NCBI GenBank assembly: GCA_038078515.1 | Contig: JBBTYX010000007.1 | Coordinates: forward strand, 1-35,102 | DNA length: 35,102 bases | DNA from: Patescibacteria group bacterium | Lineage (GTDB): Bacteria > Patescibacteriota > Minisyncoccia > 2-01-FULL-47-10 > JBBTYX01 | Direction: 5' to 3' | Shown: positions 1 to 8,930 of the stretch, piece by piece | Layout of the letters: every line of letters begins with the position of its first letter | Position numbering within the stretch: the stretch's first letter is position 1 | Made by a program: the position numbers and the translations under genes | Notes under the pieces: generated by a model | Seen by the model: only the letters and a program-made list of their open reading frames with translations | Database searches by the model: none | Told to the model about the DNA's origin: nothing

Positions 1-39
1 AAGAGCATACAATCTCTTCAAAGAACATGGGAGCGCGCG

Positions 40-67
40 TTGATTATTATTAAAATTGTGATACAAT
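40..67 (+). promoter_or_regulatory. Putative sigma70-type promoter of proS: TTGATT-N16-TGaTACAAT. The ATG lies 5 nt after the -10 element.
   Basis: TTGATT at 40-45, 16-nt spacer, extended -10 TGaTACAAT ending at 67. The proS ATG is at 73 and no SD lies between. Read by eye in AT-rich DNA, so chance matches are possible. Confidence 0.4.
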
Positions 68-72
68 GAAAT

Positions 73-1293
73 ATGCTTTTCTCAAATTTTCCAATTAAAA
101 CATTGCGCAAAGCTCCAAAAGATGAGCAATCTTTAAATGCAAAACTGTTAATCAGAGCTTCGTTTATTGATAAAATTGCGTCTGGAATTTATTCTTTTTT
201 GCCTTTAGGATTAATAGTATTAAAAAATATTGAACAGATTGTAAGAGAGGAAATGGAAAAAATAAAAGGAAGAGAAATTTTAATGCCAGCGCTTCATCCT
301 AAAGAAAACTGGAAGAAAAGCAACAGATGGGACAATTTCGATGCGCTTTACAAGATTAAAACAAAAAGCAATGTTGAATACGTGCTTGGGCCAACGCATG
401 AAGAAATAATTGTTCCTTTAGTTAAAAATTTAATTTCTTCTTATCGCGACCTGCCTCTTTATTTATATCAAATTCAAACTAAATTTAGAGACGAACTGCG
501 CGCAAAGTCCGGGCTTTTGCGAGGAAAAGAATTTTTAATGAAGGATTTATATAGTTTTCATAAAGACGCTCGTGATTTAGAAAAATATTATGATAAAGTA
601 AAAATCGCTTATAAAAATATTTTTGAACGATTAAATTTAAATGCGCTGTTAACAGAAGCATCTGGAGGAACTTTTTCTAAACTTTCTCATGAATTTCAAG
701 TAATAACAAAATCAGGAGAGGATATTATATTTTATTGCGATTGCGGTTTCGCGCGCAATAAAGAAATTATTAAAAATATAAAAAAATGTCCTGATTGCGA
801 TAAGAAACTAAATCAGTCAAATGCAGTAGAAGCTGGAAATATTTTTAAATTAAATACTAAATATTCTGATCCGTTTAAATTAACCTTTATTAATGAAAAA
901 GGAGATATAAAGCCAGTATATATGGGTTGTTTTGGCATTGGCATAACGCGTATTATGGGTATAATTGTAGAAATTTATAATGATGAAAAAGGAATTATAT
1001 GGCCAGAAAGCGTAGCGCCGTTTAAAGCGCATATTATAGAATTAGGAAATTCAAAAAAAGAAGCGGAAAAAGTATATAATGAATTAAAAAAACAAGGCAT
1101 TAAAGTGTTATATGACGATAGAAAAATTTCTGCAGGCGAAAAATTAGCTGACGCTGATTTAATAGGCATTCCATATAGAATAGTAATTAGCGAAAAAACT
1201 ATAAAACAAAATAAATTAGAGTTGAAAATACGAAGTAAAGACAATGTAGAAATGGTAACAATAGAAAAATTGATACATTTAATGAACAAATAA
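73..1293 (+). CDS. proS: Proline--tRNA ligase, short form without the INS editing domain
   Basis: Class II aaRS signatures are present: motif 2-like FRDELRAKSGLLRGKEFLMKD and motif 3-like GCFGIGITRIMG. The AGNIFKLNTKYS block is typical of ProRS, and a C-terminal anticodon-binding-like domain follows. At 406 aa it is short; a CxC-x14-CxxC segment sits where bacterial ProRS carries INS. Confidence 0.9.
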   Translation: MLFSNFPIKTLRKAPKDEQSLNAKLLIRASFIDKIASGIYSFLPLGLIVLKNIEQIVREEMEKIKGREILMPALHPKENWKKSNRWDNFDALYKIKTKSNVEYVLGPTHEEIIVPLVKNLISSYRDLPLYLYQIQTKFRDELRAKSGLLRGKEFLMKDLYSFHKDARDLEKYYDKVKIAYKNIFERLNLNALLTEASGGTFSKLSHEFQVITKSGEDIIFYCDCGFARNKEIIKNIKKCPDCDKKLNQSNAVEAGNIFKLNTKYSDPFKLTFINEKGDIKPVYMGCFGIGITRIMGIIVEIYNDEKGIIWPESVAPFKAHIIELGNSKKEAEKVYNELKKQGIKVLYDDRKISAGEKLADADLIGIPYRIVISEKTIKQNKLELKIRSKDNVEMVTIEKLIHLMNK

Positions 1294-1347
1294 CAAGGAA
1301 CAACGAACAATTTTTATTGTTCAATGTTCTTTGTTCATTGTTTTTTT
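1281..1347 (+). terminator. Long imperfect hairpin built from tandem heptamers (GAACAAn x4 facing nTTGTTC x4) followed by a T7 run; candidate proS terminator or regulatory hairpin
   Basis: AATGAACAAA (1281-1290) is the reverse complement of TTTGTTCATT (1330-1339). Inner arms GAACAACGAACAAT / ATTGTTCAATGTTC pair with 2 mismatches around a TTTT loop. A T-run lies at 1341-1347. The mreB ATG follows only 5 nt later, so a pure terminator role is uncertain. Confidence 0.4.
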
Positions 1348-1351
1348 GATT

Positions 1352-2341
1352 ATGTTCGGTATAGACCTTGGCACAACTAATACATTAATTTATAAAAAAG
1401 GGGAGGGTATTGTTATAAACGAACCTTCTGTTTTGGCTTTTAATAAAAAAACAGGAGAAGTAATCGCAATAGGAAACGAGGCGCGCTATATGCAAGGTAA
1501 AACACCAAGTCATATACAAGTAACTCGCCCAATAAAAAATGGAGTGATTTATGATTTTGAAGTAGCTGAAATAATGTTATCTCATTTTTTTAGCACTATT
1601 AAAAAAAGCTTTTTATCATTTGTTTTTAAACCATATATTTTAGCTGGAATGCCCTCTAATTTAACTGAAGTAGAAAAAGGTTCTATTGAAGATGTTTTAA
1701 AAGATGTTGGCTTTGGCAAAGTAATTTTAATTGAGAACGCATTAGCTGCCGCAATTGGAGCAGGTTTCCCTGTTCAGGAATCAACAGGTTTTTTAATTTT
1801 GAATATTGGCGGAGGCGTTACTGAAATAGCGCTTGTTTCTATGGGCGGTTTAGTTTTAAAAAACACTTTAACTATAGCGGGAGATAAAATTGACCACGAT
1901 ATTATGGATTATGTGCGAGATAAATATAAACTTTTAATAAGCGAACGTGTAGCGGAAAATTTAAAAATAGAAATAGGCTCGGCTATAAAATTAAAAGAAA
2001 AGATGAATTTTACTATTAGCGGTCGCGATGTGGTAAAAGGGATTCCTAAAGAAATAGTTGTAACAGATTCTGATGTAAGAGAAGCTATTTCTGATTCATT
2101 AAACGCCATAAGAGACGCTGTAAGCGATATGCTTTATAAAATACCTCCTGAGCTATCAGGCGATCTTTTATATCATAATATAATTATTACTGGCGGAGGA
2201 AGTTTATTAAAAGGATTTCCTGAATTTTTACAAGAAAAAATTGAAATTAAAGTAAGATTAGCTGATGATCCATTAACATCAGTTTCTCGCGGACATGGAA
2301 TGATTTTAGAAAATTATAACGAAATGAAAAAAATACTTTGA
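1352..2341 (+). CDS. mreB: Rod shape-determining actin homologue MreB
   Basis: Actin-fold motifs are present: FGIDLGTTNT (phosphate 1), LNIGGGVTEIA (phosphate 2) and IIITGGGSLLKG (adenosine). The ATG at 1352 is preferred over the TTG at 1331 in the ORF track because MreB normally starts just before the DLGT motif. The gene ends at TGA. Confidence 0.9.
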   Translation: MFGIDLGTTNTLIYKKGEGIVINEPSVLAFNKKTGEVIAIGNEARYMQGKTPSHIQVTRPIKNGVIYDFEVAEIMLSHFFSTIKKSFLSFVFKPYILAGMPSNLTEVEKGSIEDVLKDVGFGKVILIENALAAAIGAGFPVQESTGFLILNIGGGVTEIALVSMGGLVLKNTLTIAGDKIDHDIMDYVRDKYKLLISERVAENLKIEIGSAIKLKEKMNFTISGRDVVKGIPKEIVVTDSDVREAISDSLNAIRDAVSDMLYKIPPELSGDLLYHNIIITGGGSLLKGFPEFLQEKIEIKVRLADDPLTSVSRGHGMILENYNEMKKIL

Positions 2342-2395
2342 GAGTTGTGGTATTAACTTTTAACTTTATAAACTTGATAACTTTATAACTAAAAC

Positions 2396-4009
2396 ATGCC
2401 TGATGGATCAAATCTTTTTGAAATAAAAGGGAAAAAAAACATAAAACATAGATTAGGTATAATATTTGATAATAGGCGGCTCAGGCTTGCCTTGATTTTT
2501 ATGTTTATAATAGGAGTTATAATTTTTTATCGTTTAATTTTAATTACTATTATAAATGGTAAGGAATACAAAGATATTTATATGAATAACCACTCTAAAA
2601 TTGAATGGATTTTACCTAAACGAGGAATCATATATGATTATAATGGTAAAATATTAGCAAAAAATAATATAGAAAACAAAAGGGAATATCCTTTAAAAGA
2701 AACAAGTAGTCATATAATAGGCTATATTAGCGAGCAAGATAAAATTGGAATATATGGAATAGAAGCAACTTACGAGGATTTTTTAAAAGGCGAGCGCGGA
2801 TTTACAAATTTTAACATAAATAATAAAGGAGAAATACAAAGTATTAAGGAGATAAAAGATGGAAAAGCAGGAAATAATTTGTATTTACATATAGATTATG
2901 ATGCTCAAGAAAAACTTTATAATGAAGTATTAAAACAGGTTATTGATAAAAATTCTCCGGGAGGAGCAGCTGTTTTAATAAATCCGATAAACGGCGCAAT
3001 AAAAGCTCTTGTAAGTGTTCCAAGTTTTGATAATAATTTTCAATCTAAAGACGAACTTGTATTAATTTTAAAAAGAGATGACGCGCCTCTTTTTAACAGG
3101 GCTATTTCAGGCGAATATCCTTCTGGCTCTACTATAAAACCATTTATTGCGGCAGCAGCATTATCAGAGAATATCATAGATCCTAATTTTAAAATGGAAA
3201 CAAATGGAAGTATTACAGTTCAAAGCATTTATAATAAAAATATAAAGTGGATTTTCAAAGATTGGAAAAATCACGGTTTTGTTAATATGGTAGAAGCCAT
3301 CGCGTATTCGAGTAATGTTTACTTTTACACTATTGGCGGAGGATATAAAGATATAGCGGGATTAGGCATAAATAAAATTGACAAATATTTGCAAAAGTTT
3401 GGAATGGGCAGTAAAACCAAGATTGATATTATAGGAGAAAGTAAAGGGCTTATTCCAAGTCCTAAATGGAAAAGCATAAATATTAACGAAGATTGGTATA
3501 TAGGCGATACATATAATACTTCTATTGGGCAGGGATTTTTACGCATTACTCCTATTCAATTAGCTTCTGCTACTTCTGTAATTGCTAATAGTGGCACATT
3601 ATATCAACCACAAATAGCAAGTAAGGTTGTATCAGATAATGGAGATATTATTTGGAAAAATGAGCCTAAAATATTACAAAAAAATATTATAAAAAAGGAA
3701 TATTTAGATATAGTAAAAGATGGTATGAGAAAATCTGTTACAATTGGAACAAATTGGCGTTTAAATGATTTACCTAAACCAGTTGCCGCTAAAACTGGTT
3801 CAGCAGAAGCAGGTAATAATAGCGAAACTCATAGCTGGGTAACAGTAATGAGTTTTTACGATGATTTACCAAAAGATGAAAAAGAAAAACCTTTTGTTTT
3901 ATCAGTATTAGTTGAAAATGGCGGTAATGGGGAAACAAGCGCTGTTCCTATTGCAAAAAATTTTTTATCGTGGTATCTTGATGATAAAAATAAAAGCCAA
4001 GAACAATAG
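2396..4009 (+). CDS. mrdA: Penicillin-binding protein 2-type transpeptidase (class B PBP)
   Basis: An N-terminal TM helix is followed, in the correct order, by the active-site triad motifs SxxK (GSTIKP), SxN (YSSN) and KTG (AKTGSAE). The position directly after mreB fits the elongasome. Confidence 0.85.
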   Translation: MPDGSNLFEIKGKKNIKHRLGIIFDNRRLRLALIFMFIIGVIIFYRLILITIINGKEYKDIYMNNHSKIEWILPKRGIIYDYNGKILAKNNIENKREYPLKETSSHIIGYISEQDKIGIYGIEATYEDFLKGERGFTNFNINNKGEIQSIKEIKDGKAGNNLYLHIDYDAQEKLYNEVLKQVIDKNSPGGAAVLINPINGAIKALVSVPSFDNNFQSKDELVLILKRDDAPLFNRAISGEYPSGSTIKPFIAAAALSENIIDPNFKMETNGSITVQSIYNKNIKWIFKDWKNHGFVNMVEAIAYSSNVYFYTIGGGYKDIAGLGINKIDKYLQKFGMGSKTKIDIIGESKGLIPSPKWKSININEDWYIGDTYNTSIGQGFLRITPIQLASATSVIANSGTLYQPQIASKVVSDNGDIIWKNEPKILQKNIIKKEYLDIVKDGMRKSVTIGTNWRLNDLPKPVAAKTGSAEAGNNSETHSWVTVMSFYDDLPKDEKEKPFVLSVLVENGGNGETSAVPIAKNFLSWYLDDKNKSQEQ

Positions 4010-4051
4010 CTTTGCAGGCGTATTTTTTTAAAAATTTTTTAAAAAAACATT

Positions 4052-4510
4052 ATGAAACTTACGCGCGATTCATACGCAAAATTAACTCAAGAATTAGAAA
4101 AAAAGAAAACTATAATCCGAAAAGAAATTTCGGATAAAATTCGCGATGCCAAAGAATTTGGCGATCTTTCTGAAAATACAGCTTATGAAAATGCCCGCGA
4201 ACAAGAAGCTTTTAATGAAGGAAGAATAAAAGAATTAGAAAATATATTGCGCGAAGCTAAAATAATCACTATAAAAATTGATAAAAGCAAAATAAGCATA
4301 GGAGACACAGTGGAATTAAAAATTGATTCTAAAAACGAATCTAAAATAGAAGTAATTATTGTGGACTCGCAACAAGCAAATCCAGAAGAAAAAAAAATAT
4401 CTATTGAATCGCCTTTGGGCAAAGCTCTTTTAAATTGTAAGGAAAACGATATAGTAAATGTGGAAACTCCTAATGGAAATATAATATATAAGGTTCTTAA
4501 AATAAAATAA
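4052..4510 (+). CDS. greA: Transcription elongation factor GreA
   Basis: The N-terminal coiled coil carries the acidic tip FGDLSENTAYENAREQ. A C-terminal globular domain and a size of about 150 aa also fit. Confidence 0.9.
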   Translation: MKLTRDSYAKLTQELEKKKTIIRKEISDKIRDAKEFGDLSENTAYENAREQEAFNEGRIKELENILREAKIITIKIDKSKISIGDTVELKIDSKNESKIEVIIVDSQQANPEEKKISIESPLGKALLNCKENDIVNVETPNGNIIYKVLKIK

Positions 4511-4555
4511 CATAACAAAAAAATTAAAGACAAGATTTTAAATTCTATTTAAACT

Positions 4556-5995
4556 ATGAATAAAGATATTCTTATAGCTAAATTAGAAAAATTAGCTAAT
4601 ATTAAGAAAGCTGGTATAGACCCATATCCAGAAAAAACAAACAGATCTTTTACTAATAATGACGCTTTAAAAAAATTTAGTTCAATAAAAAAATCCATTT
4701 ATTTAGTTGGCAGAATAAGGTCAATGCGTGAAATGGGGAATGTTTCATTTGCTCACATACAAGATGAAACAGGTAAAATACAAATTTTTTTAAGTAAAGA
4801 AAATATTGGAAACGAAAAATACAAATTTTTTATTAAAAATATTGACATCGGAGATTTTATTGAGGTTAAGGGGAATTTATTTAAAACAAAATCAGGAGAA
4901 AAAACTCTAAAAGTAGAGAAGTGGAAAATTTTAAGCAAAGCTTTAAAACCGCTTCCTAGCGAGTGGTATGGTTTTAAAGACGAAGATAATAGACATAGAT
5001 ATAGATATTTAGATATATTGTTTAATCCTGATGTAAAAGAAATAATACAAAAAAAAGCGGTATTTTGGAGCGCTGTTAGAGAATTTCATTTAAAAAATGG
5101 TTTTATGGAAGTAGAAACTCCTGTATTGGAAAATACAACAGGAGGCGCTGATGCCAGGCCTTTTGTAACGCATCATAATGCTCTTGACCTTGACCTTTAT
5201 TTACGCATTTCCGCAGGAGAACTATGGCAAAAACGATTGATGGTAGCAGGATTTGAAAAAACTTTTGAAATAGGACGAATATTTAGAAATGAAGGAATAT
5301 CAACAGAACATTTGCAAGATTATACTCAATGTGAAGCATATTGGGCATATAGCAATATGGAAGAAATGTATAAGTTTTTGCAAAATTGTTATAAATTTGT
5401 GGCTAAAAAAACATTTGGAACTTTAAAATTTAATATTCGTGGATTTAAAGTGGATTTAGGAAAAAAATGGCCATTGATTGATTACGCTTTAGAAATAAAA
5501 AATCAAACAAAAATAGATATTTGGAACGCGACTGATAAAGAAATAGTAAAAAAATTAAATGAACTGAAAATAAATTTTGACTCAAATAATATAGAAAGAA
5601 TGATTGATAATTTATGGAAATATTGCAGAAAGAAAATAGCTGGACCAGCGATACTTATTAACCATCCAAAGAAAATTTCTCCATTAGCTAAATCAGACAA
5701 CAAGAATAAAGATATTGTAAAGCGATTTCAATTTATAATAGCTGGTTCTGAAATAGGTCAAGGTTATAGCGAGTTAAATGACCCGATTGATCAAAAAGAG
5801 CGATTTCAAGCTCAACAAAAACTTCGCGATCAAGGAGATGAAGAAGCGCAAATGGAAGACGCTGAATTTATTGAAGCCTTAGAATACGGCATGCCTCCAA
5901 CATCAGGGCATGGTTTTAGCGAAAGATTATTTAGCTTTTTAGCAGATAAATCTATAAAAGAATGCCAGACCTTTCCATTAACACGACCCAAATAA
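4556..5995 (+). CDS. lysS: Lysine--tRNA ligase, class II
   Basis: An N-terminal OB-fold (VGRIRSMREMGNVSFAHIQD) is followed by class II motifs IFRNEGIS..H and EYGMPPTSGHGFSERL. Confidence 0.9.
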   Translation: MNKDILIAKLEKLANIKKAGIDPYPEKTNRSFTNNDALKKFSSIKKSIYLVGRIRSMREMGNVSFAHIQDETGKIQIFLSKENIGNEKYKFFIKNIDIGDFIEVKGNLFKTKSGEKTLKVEKWKILSKALKPLPSEWYGFKDEDNRHRYRYLDILFNPDVKEIIQKKAVFWSAVREFHLKNGFMEVETPVLENTTGGADARPFVTHHNALDLDLYLRISAGELWQKRLMVAGFEKTFEIGRIFRNEGISTEHLQDYTQCEAYWAYSNMEEMYKFLQNCYKFVAKKTFGTLKFNIRGFKVDLGKKWPLIDYALEIKNQTKIDIWNATDKEIVKKLNELKINFDSNNIERMIDNLWKYCRKKIAGPAILINHPKKISPLAKSDNKNKDIVKRFQFIIAGSEIGQGYSELNDPIDQKERFQAQQKLRDQGDEEAQMEDAEFIEALEYGMPPTSGHGFSERLFSFLADKSIKECQTFPLTRPK

Positions 5996-6052
5996 TATAT
6001 ATTTATAAAGTCAAGTATTTTCTTTTATTTTTTTATGGTAGAATTATATTCT

Positions 6053-6424
6053 ATGGAAAATATTACTTACGAACAATTAAATAAAAGGGCGCAAGAAGCG
6101 TTTGAAAATAAAAAAAGCCTTGAAATAGGAAAGCAAGATAAAGAACAATTAACTTTCAAGGAAGAAAAAATTAAACAAAAATTAAAACAAATTACCGCAA
6201 CCCCTTATTTAGATGAAAAAGAAGTAGAAGAAAATAAAAATAGCATATCAAATTTAGACGAGCGTGCCCAGTTAACATTTTTAACTAAGCTCTGTTTTAC
6301 TAAAGGGCCTAATTTTGCTATAAAGGTAGCGCAAGGTTTATCAGATAGCGTATTAGACAGCTTGCATGCTGTTTTAGTTGAAGACGAAACATATAACAAG
6401 CTAAAAGAAGAAAATATTATATAA
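6053..6424 (+). CDS. Hypothetical small acidic/coiled-coil protein; the start could also be 6035
   Basis: An open frame of 123-129 aa on the same strand, immediately upstream of the T4CP-like ATPase. I recognise no family. Confidence 0.4.
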   Translation: MENITYEQLNKRAQEAFENKKSLEIGKQDKEQLTFKEEKIKQKLKQITATPYLDEKEVEENKNSISNLDERAQLTFLTKLCFTKGPNFAIKVAQGLSDSVLDSLHAVLVEDETYNKLKEENII

Positions 6425-6518
6425 ATAACTCAAAAGTTAAAACTACAAATAAAAATTAAAAGTTTTTAGATTTGAACCGTAGTTTTGATTTTTGCTTTTT
6501 GAGTTTTGAATTTTTATT

Positions 6519-8915
6519 ATGTTTAATTTTTTAACCAATCCAATTTTTTTAACCTACGCTATTATATTTTTTATAGTTATTGCAATAATTGTGGCTTTTT
6601 TTGTATTGCGCGGATTTAAAAAAAATAATTTAAGTTTAATATTGGGAATGTCTCTTTTTCTTATTAAAATACCGCGTTATGAAAAAAAAGATAAAAATGA
6701 AAGCATAGAATTAAAACATTTATTAGGAATTTCAGCTCAAATGTACGCTTCTTTTAGTATTTTGCCAAAGAAATCTAAAATTATTTTTGAAGTAGCTTCA
6801 AGTTACAATGAAGAAGAAATTGCTTTTTATGGAGCTTGCGCTAAAAATTTTATTAATGAATTTAAAAAAGTTATTCACGGAGCTTATCAAAATGCTAAAA
6901 TTGAGCAAATAGAAAATGATTATAATATTTTTTCCAGTAAAGGGAAAAGCGCAGGAGCTTATATTGTTTTAGAAAAAAGAAATTTTATGCCTATTAGAAC
7001 TTATCATGATTTTGAAAATGATCCTCTAAGTCAAGTTATTTCAGCGATAGGTAAGTTAAATATAGGTAATGGCGCAGCTCTACAAATTGCTTTGCGTCCA
7101 GTGAAAAAAAATTGGTATAAGGGAGCAAAATCAACTTTATCTAATCTTAAAAAAGGTAAAAAACATGGCATTATAAAATTATGGGGGAAAACAGTAAGCG
7201 ATGTTACTGGCGTTGGTTCAAAGGATAATAAAGTTGTTAAAGAAGAACCTATTGACCAAGAACAAATTGAAGCTATTTCTAAAAAAATAAGCAGACCTGT
7301 TTTTAATGTTAATATAAGAATAATAGCTAATGCTTCAAATGAAATAGAAGCTGATCAAATTTTAGACCAAATGCTTCAGCAATTTTCGCAATATAGTCTT
7401 CCTAATCAAAATGGTTTACGAATTAGAAAAGTAACTGGTTATAAATTAAAGAAGTTAATATATAATTTCATATTTCGTGTTTTTGAAAAAAGAAGCAGTA
7501 TAGCTTTAAATACTGATGAAATAGCAAGTATTTTTCATTTTCCTTATCCTGGACTTGAAGTTCCAAATGTTAAATCAGTTTCTTCTCGCGATATTGCTCC
7601 GCCAAACACTCTTCCTAATAAAGGAGAATTAGAAGTGGGACAAGTTGTATATAGGGATGAAAATCAAAAAGTGTTTTTAAAAAACGCGGACGATAGAATG
7701 CGTCATTTTTATATTATTGGTCAAACAGGAACTGGAAAATCGCGTTTTCAGCAAGAGTTAATAAAACAAGATATTTTAGCTGGCAGGGGCGTTGGAGTTA
7801 TTGACCCTCATGGCGATTTAATAGATGCAACTCTTGCTAATATTCCTAAAGAAAGATACAAAGATGTTATATTATTTGAACCATTTAACACTGAAAATCC
7901 AATGGGTCTTAATATGTTAGAATATGAAACAGAAGACCAAAAAGATTTTGCCATACAGGAAATGATTCTTATTTTTTATAAATTAGTTACTGATCCCGCT
8001 ATGATTGGCCCTATGTTTGAGCATTATATGCGTAATGCTATGATTGCTTTAATGGTAGATAAGAATAATGTAGGCACAATGGTGGAAATACCTCGCCTTT
8101 TAACAGATGACGAATTCGCTGAAACTTATATCAGCAAATTAACTGATCCAGTGGCTCTTAATTTTTGGAGAAATGAATGGAAAAGAACAAGTGAACAGCA
8201 AAAAGGAGATATGTTTGGCTATTTAATTTCTAAAGTAGGACGATTTGTTGAAAATCCTATGATGCGAAATATCATTGGACAATCGCATTCCAGTTTTAAT
8301 TTAAACAATATAATGAATGAAGGAAAGATATTCTTGGCTAATTTATCTAAGGGAAAGGTGGGAGATATGAATAGTAATCTTTTAGGGTTGATTTTAGTGT
8401 CTAAAATACAAATGGCTGCTATGACGCGGGCTAATATAAAAGAAGAAAATAGACGCGATTTTTATTTATATGTTGATGAATTTCAAAATTTTACCACAGA
8501 TAGCATTGCAACAATACTATCAGAAGCCAGAAAATACCGTTTAAGTTTAACAATGACTCATCAGTATATCGCGCAACTTGATGAAAAAATACGAGACGCT
8601 GCTTTTGGTAATGTTGGAACAATAGGAGCATTTCGCGTTAGTCAAGAAGACGCTGAAATATTGGAAAAACAATTTGAACCTGATTTTTCCCGTTTTGACA
8701 TTATTAATCTTCCTAATCGTAATTTAATAATCAAACTTTTAATTGATGGAGAAATAACATCCGCTTTTAAGATGAAAACAATAGATTCTGTAAATGGCGA
8801 TTACAGCAAAGTGGATTTAATACGTCAAATGTCAATTTTAAAATATGGTCGCGATAAAAATGATGTTGAACAAGAAATAATAAAAAGAGCAAATCTTGCA
8901 ACTTTTGATTCATAA
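6519..8915 (+). CDS. Membrane-anchored P-loop ATPase of the TraD/TraG/VirD4 coupling-protein type (FtsK-HerA superfamily)
   Basis: An N-terminal TM helix is followed by Walker A GQTGTGKS (about 7718-7741) and Walker B FYLYVDEFQNF. The block SEARKYRLSLTMTHQYIAQL is typical of the TraG-D C-terminal region. Confidence 0.7.
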   Translation: MFNFLTNPIFLTYAIIFFIVIAIIVAFFVLRGFKKNNLSLILGMSLFLIKIPRYEKKDKNESIELKHLLGISAQMYASFSILPKKSKIIFEVASSYNEEEIAFYGACAKNFINEFKKVIHGAYQNAKIEQIENDYNIFSSKGKSAGAYIVLEKRNFMPIRTYHDFENDPLSQVISAIGKLNIGNGAALQIALRPVKKNWYKGAKSTLSNLKKGKKHGIIKLWGKTVSDVTGVGSKDNKVVKEEPIDQEQIEAISKKISRPVFNVNIRIIANASNEIEADQILDQMLQQFSQYSLPNQNGLRIRKVTGYKLKKLIYNFIFRVFEKRSSIALNTDEIASIFHFPYPGLEVPNVKSVSSRDIAPPNTLPNKGELEVGQVVYRDENQKVFLKNADDRMRHFYIIGQTGTGKSRFQQELIKQDILAGRGVGVIDPHGDLIDATLANIPKERYKDVILFEPFNTENPMGLNMLEYETEDQKDFAIQEMILIFYKLVTDPAMIGPMFEHYMRNAMIALMVDKNNVGTMVEIPRLLTDDEFAETYISKLTDPVALNFWRNEWKRTSEQQKGDMFGYLISKVGRFVENPMMRNIIGQSHSSFNLNNIMNEGKIFLANLSKGKVGDMNSNLLGLILVSKIQMAAMTRANIKEENRRDFYLYVDEFQNFTTDSIATILSEARKYRLSLTMTHQYIAQLDEKIRDAAFGNVGTIGAFRVSQEDAEILEKQFEPDFSRFDIINLPNRNLIIKLLIDGEITSAFKMKTIDSVNGDYSKVDLIRQMSILKYGRDKNDVEQEIIKRANLATFDS

Positions 8916-8930
8916 ATTTTAATTTGAAAT

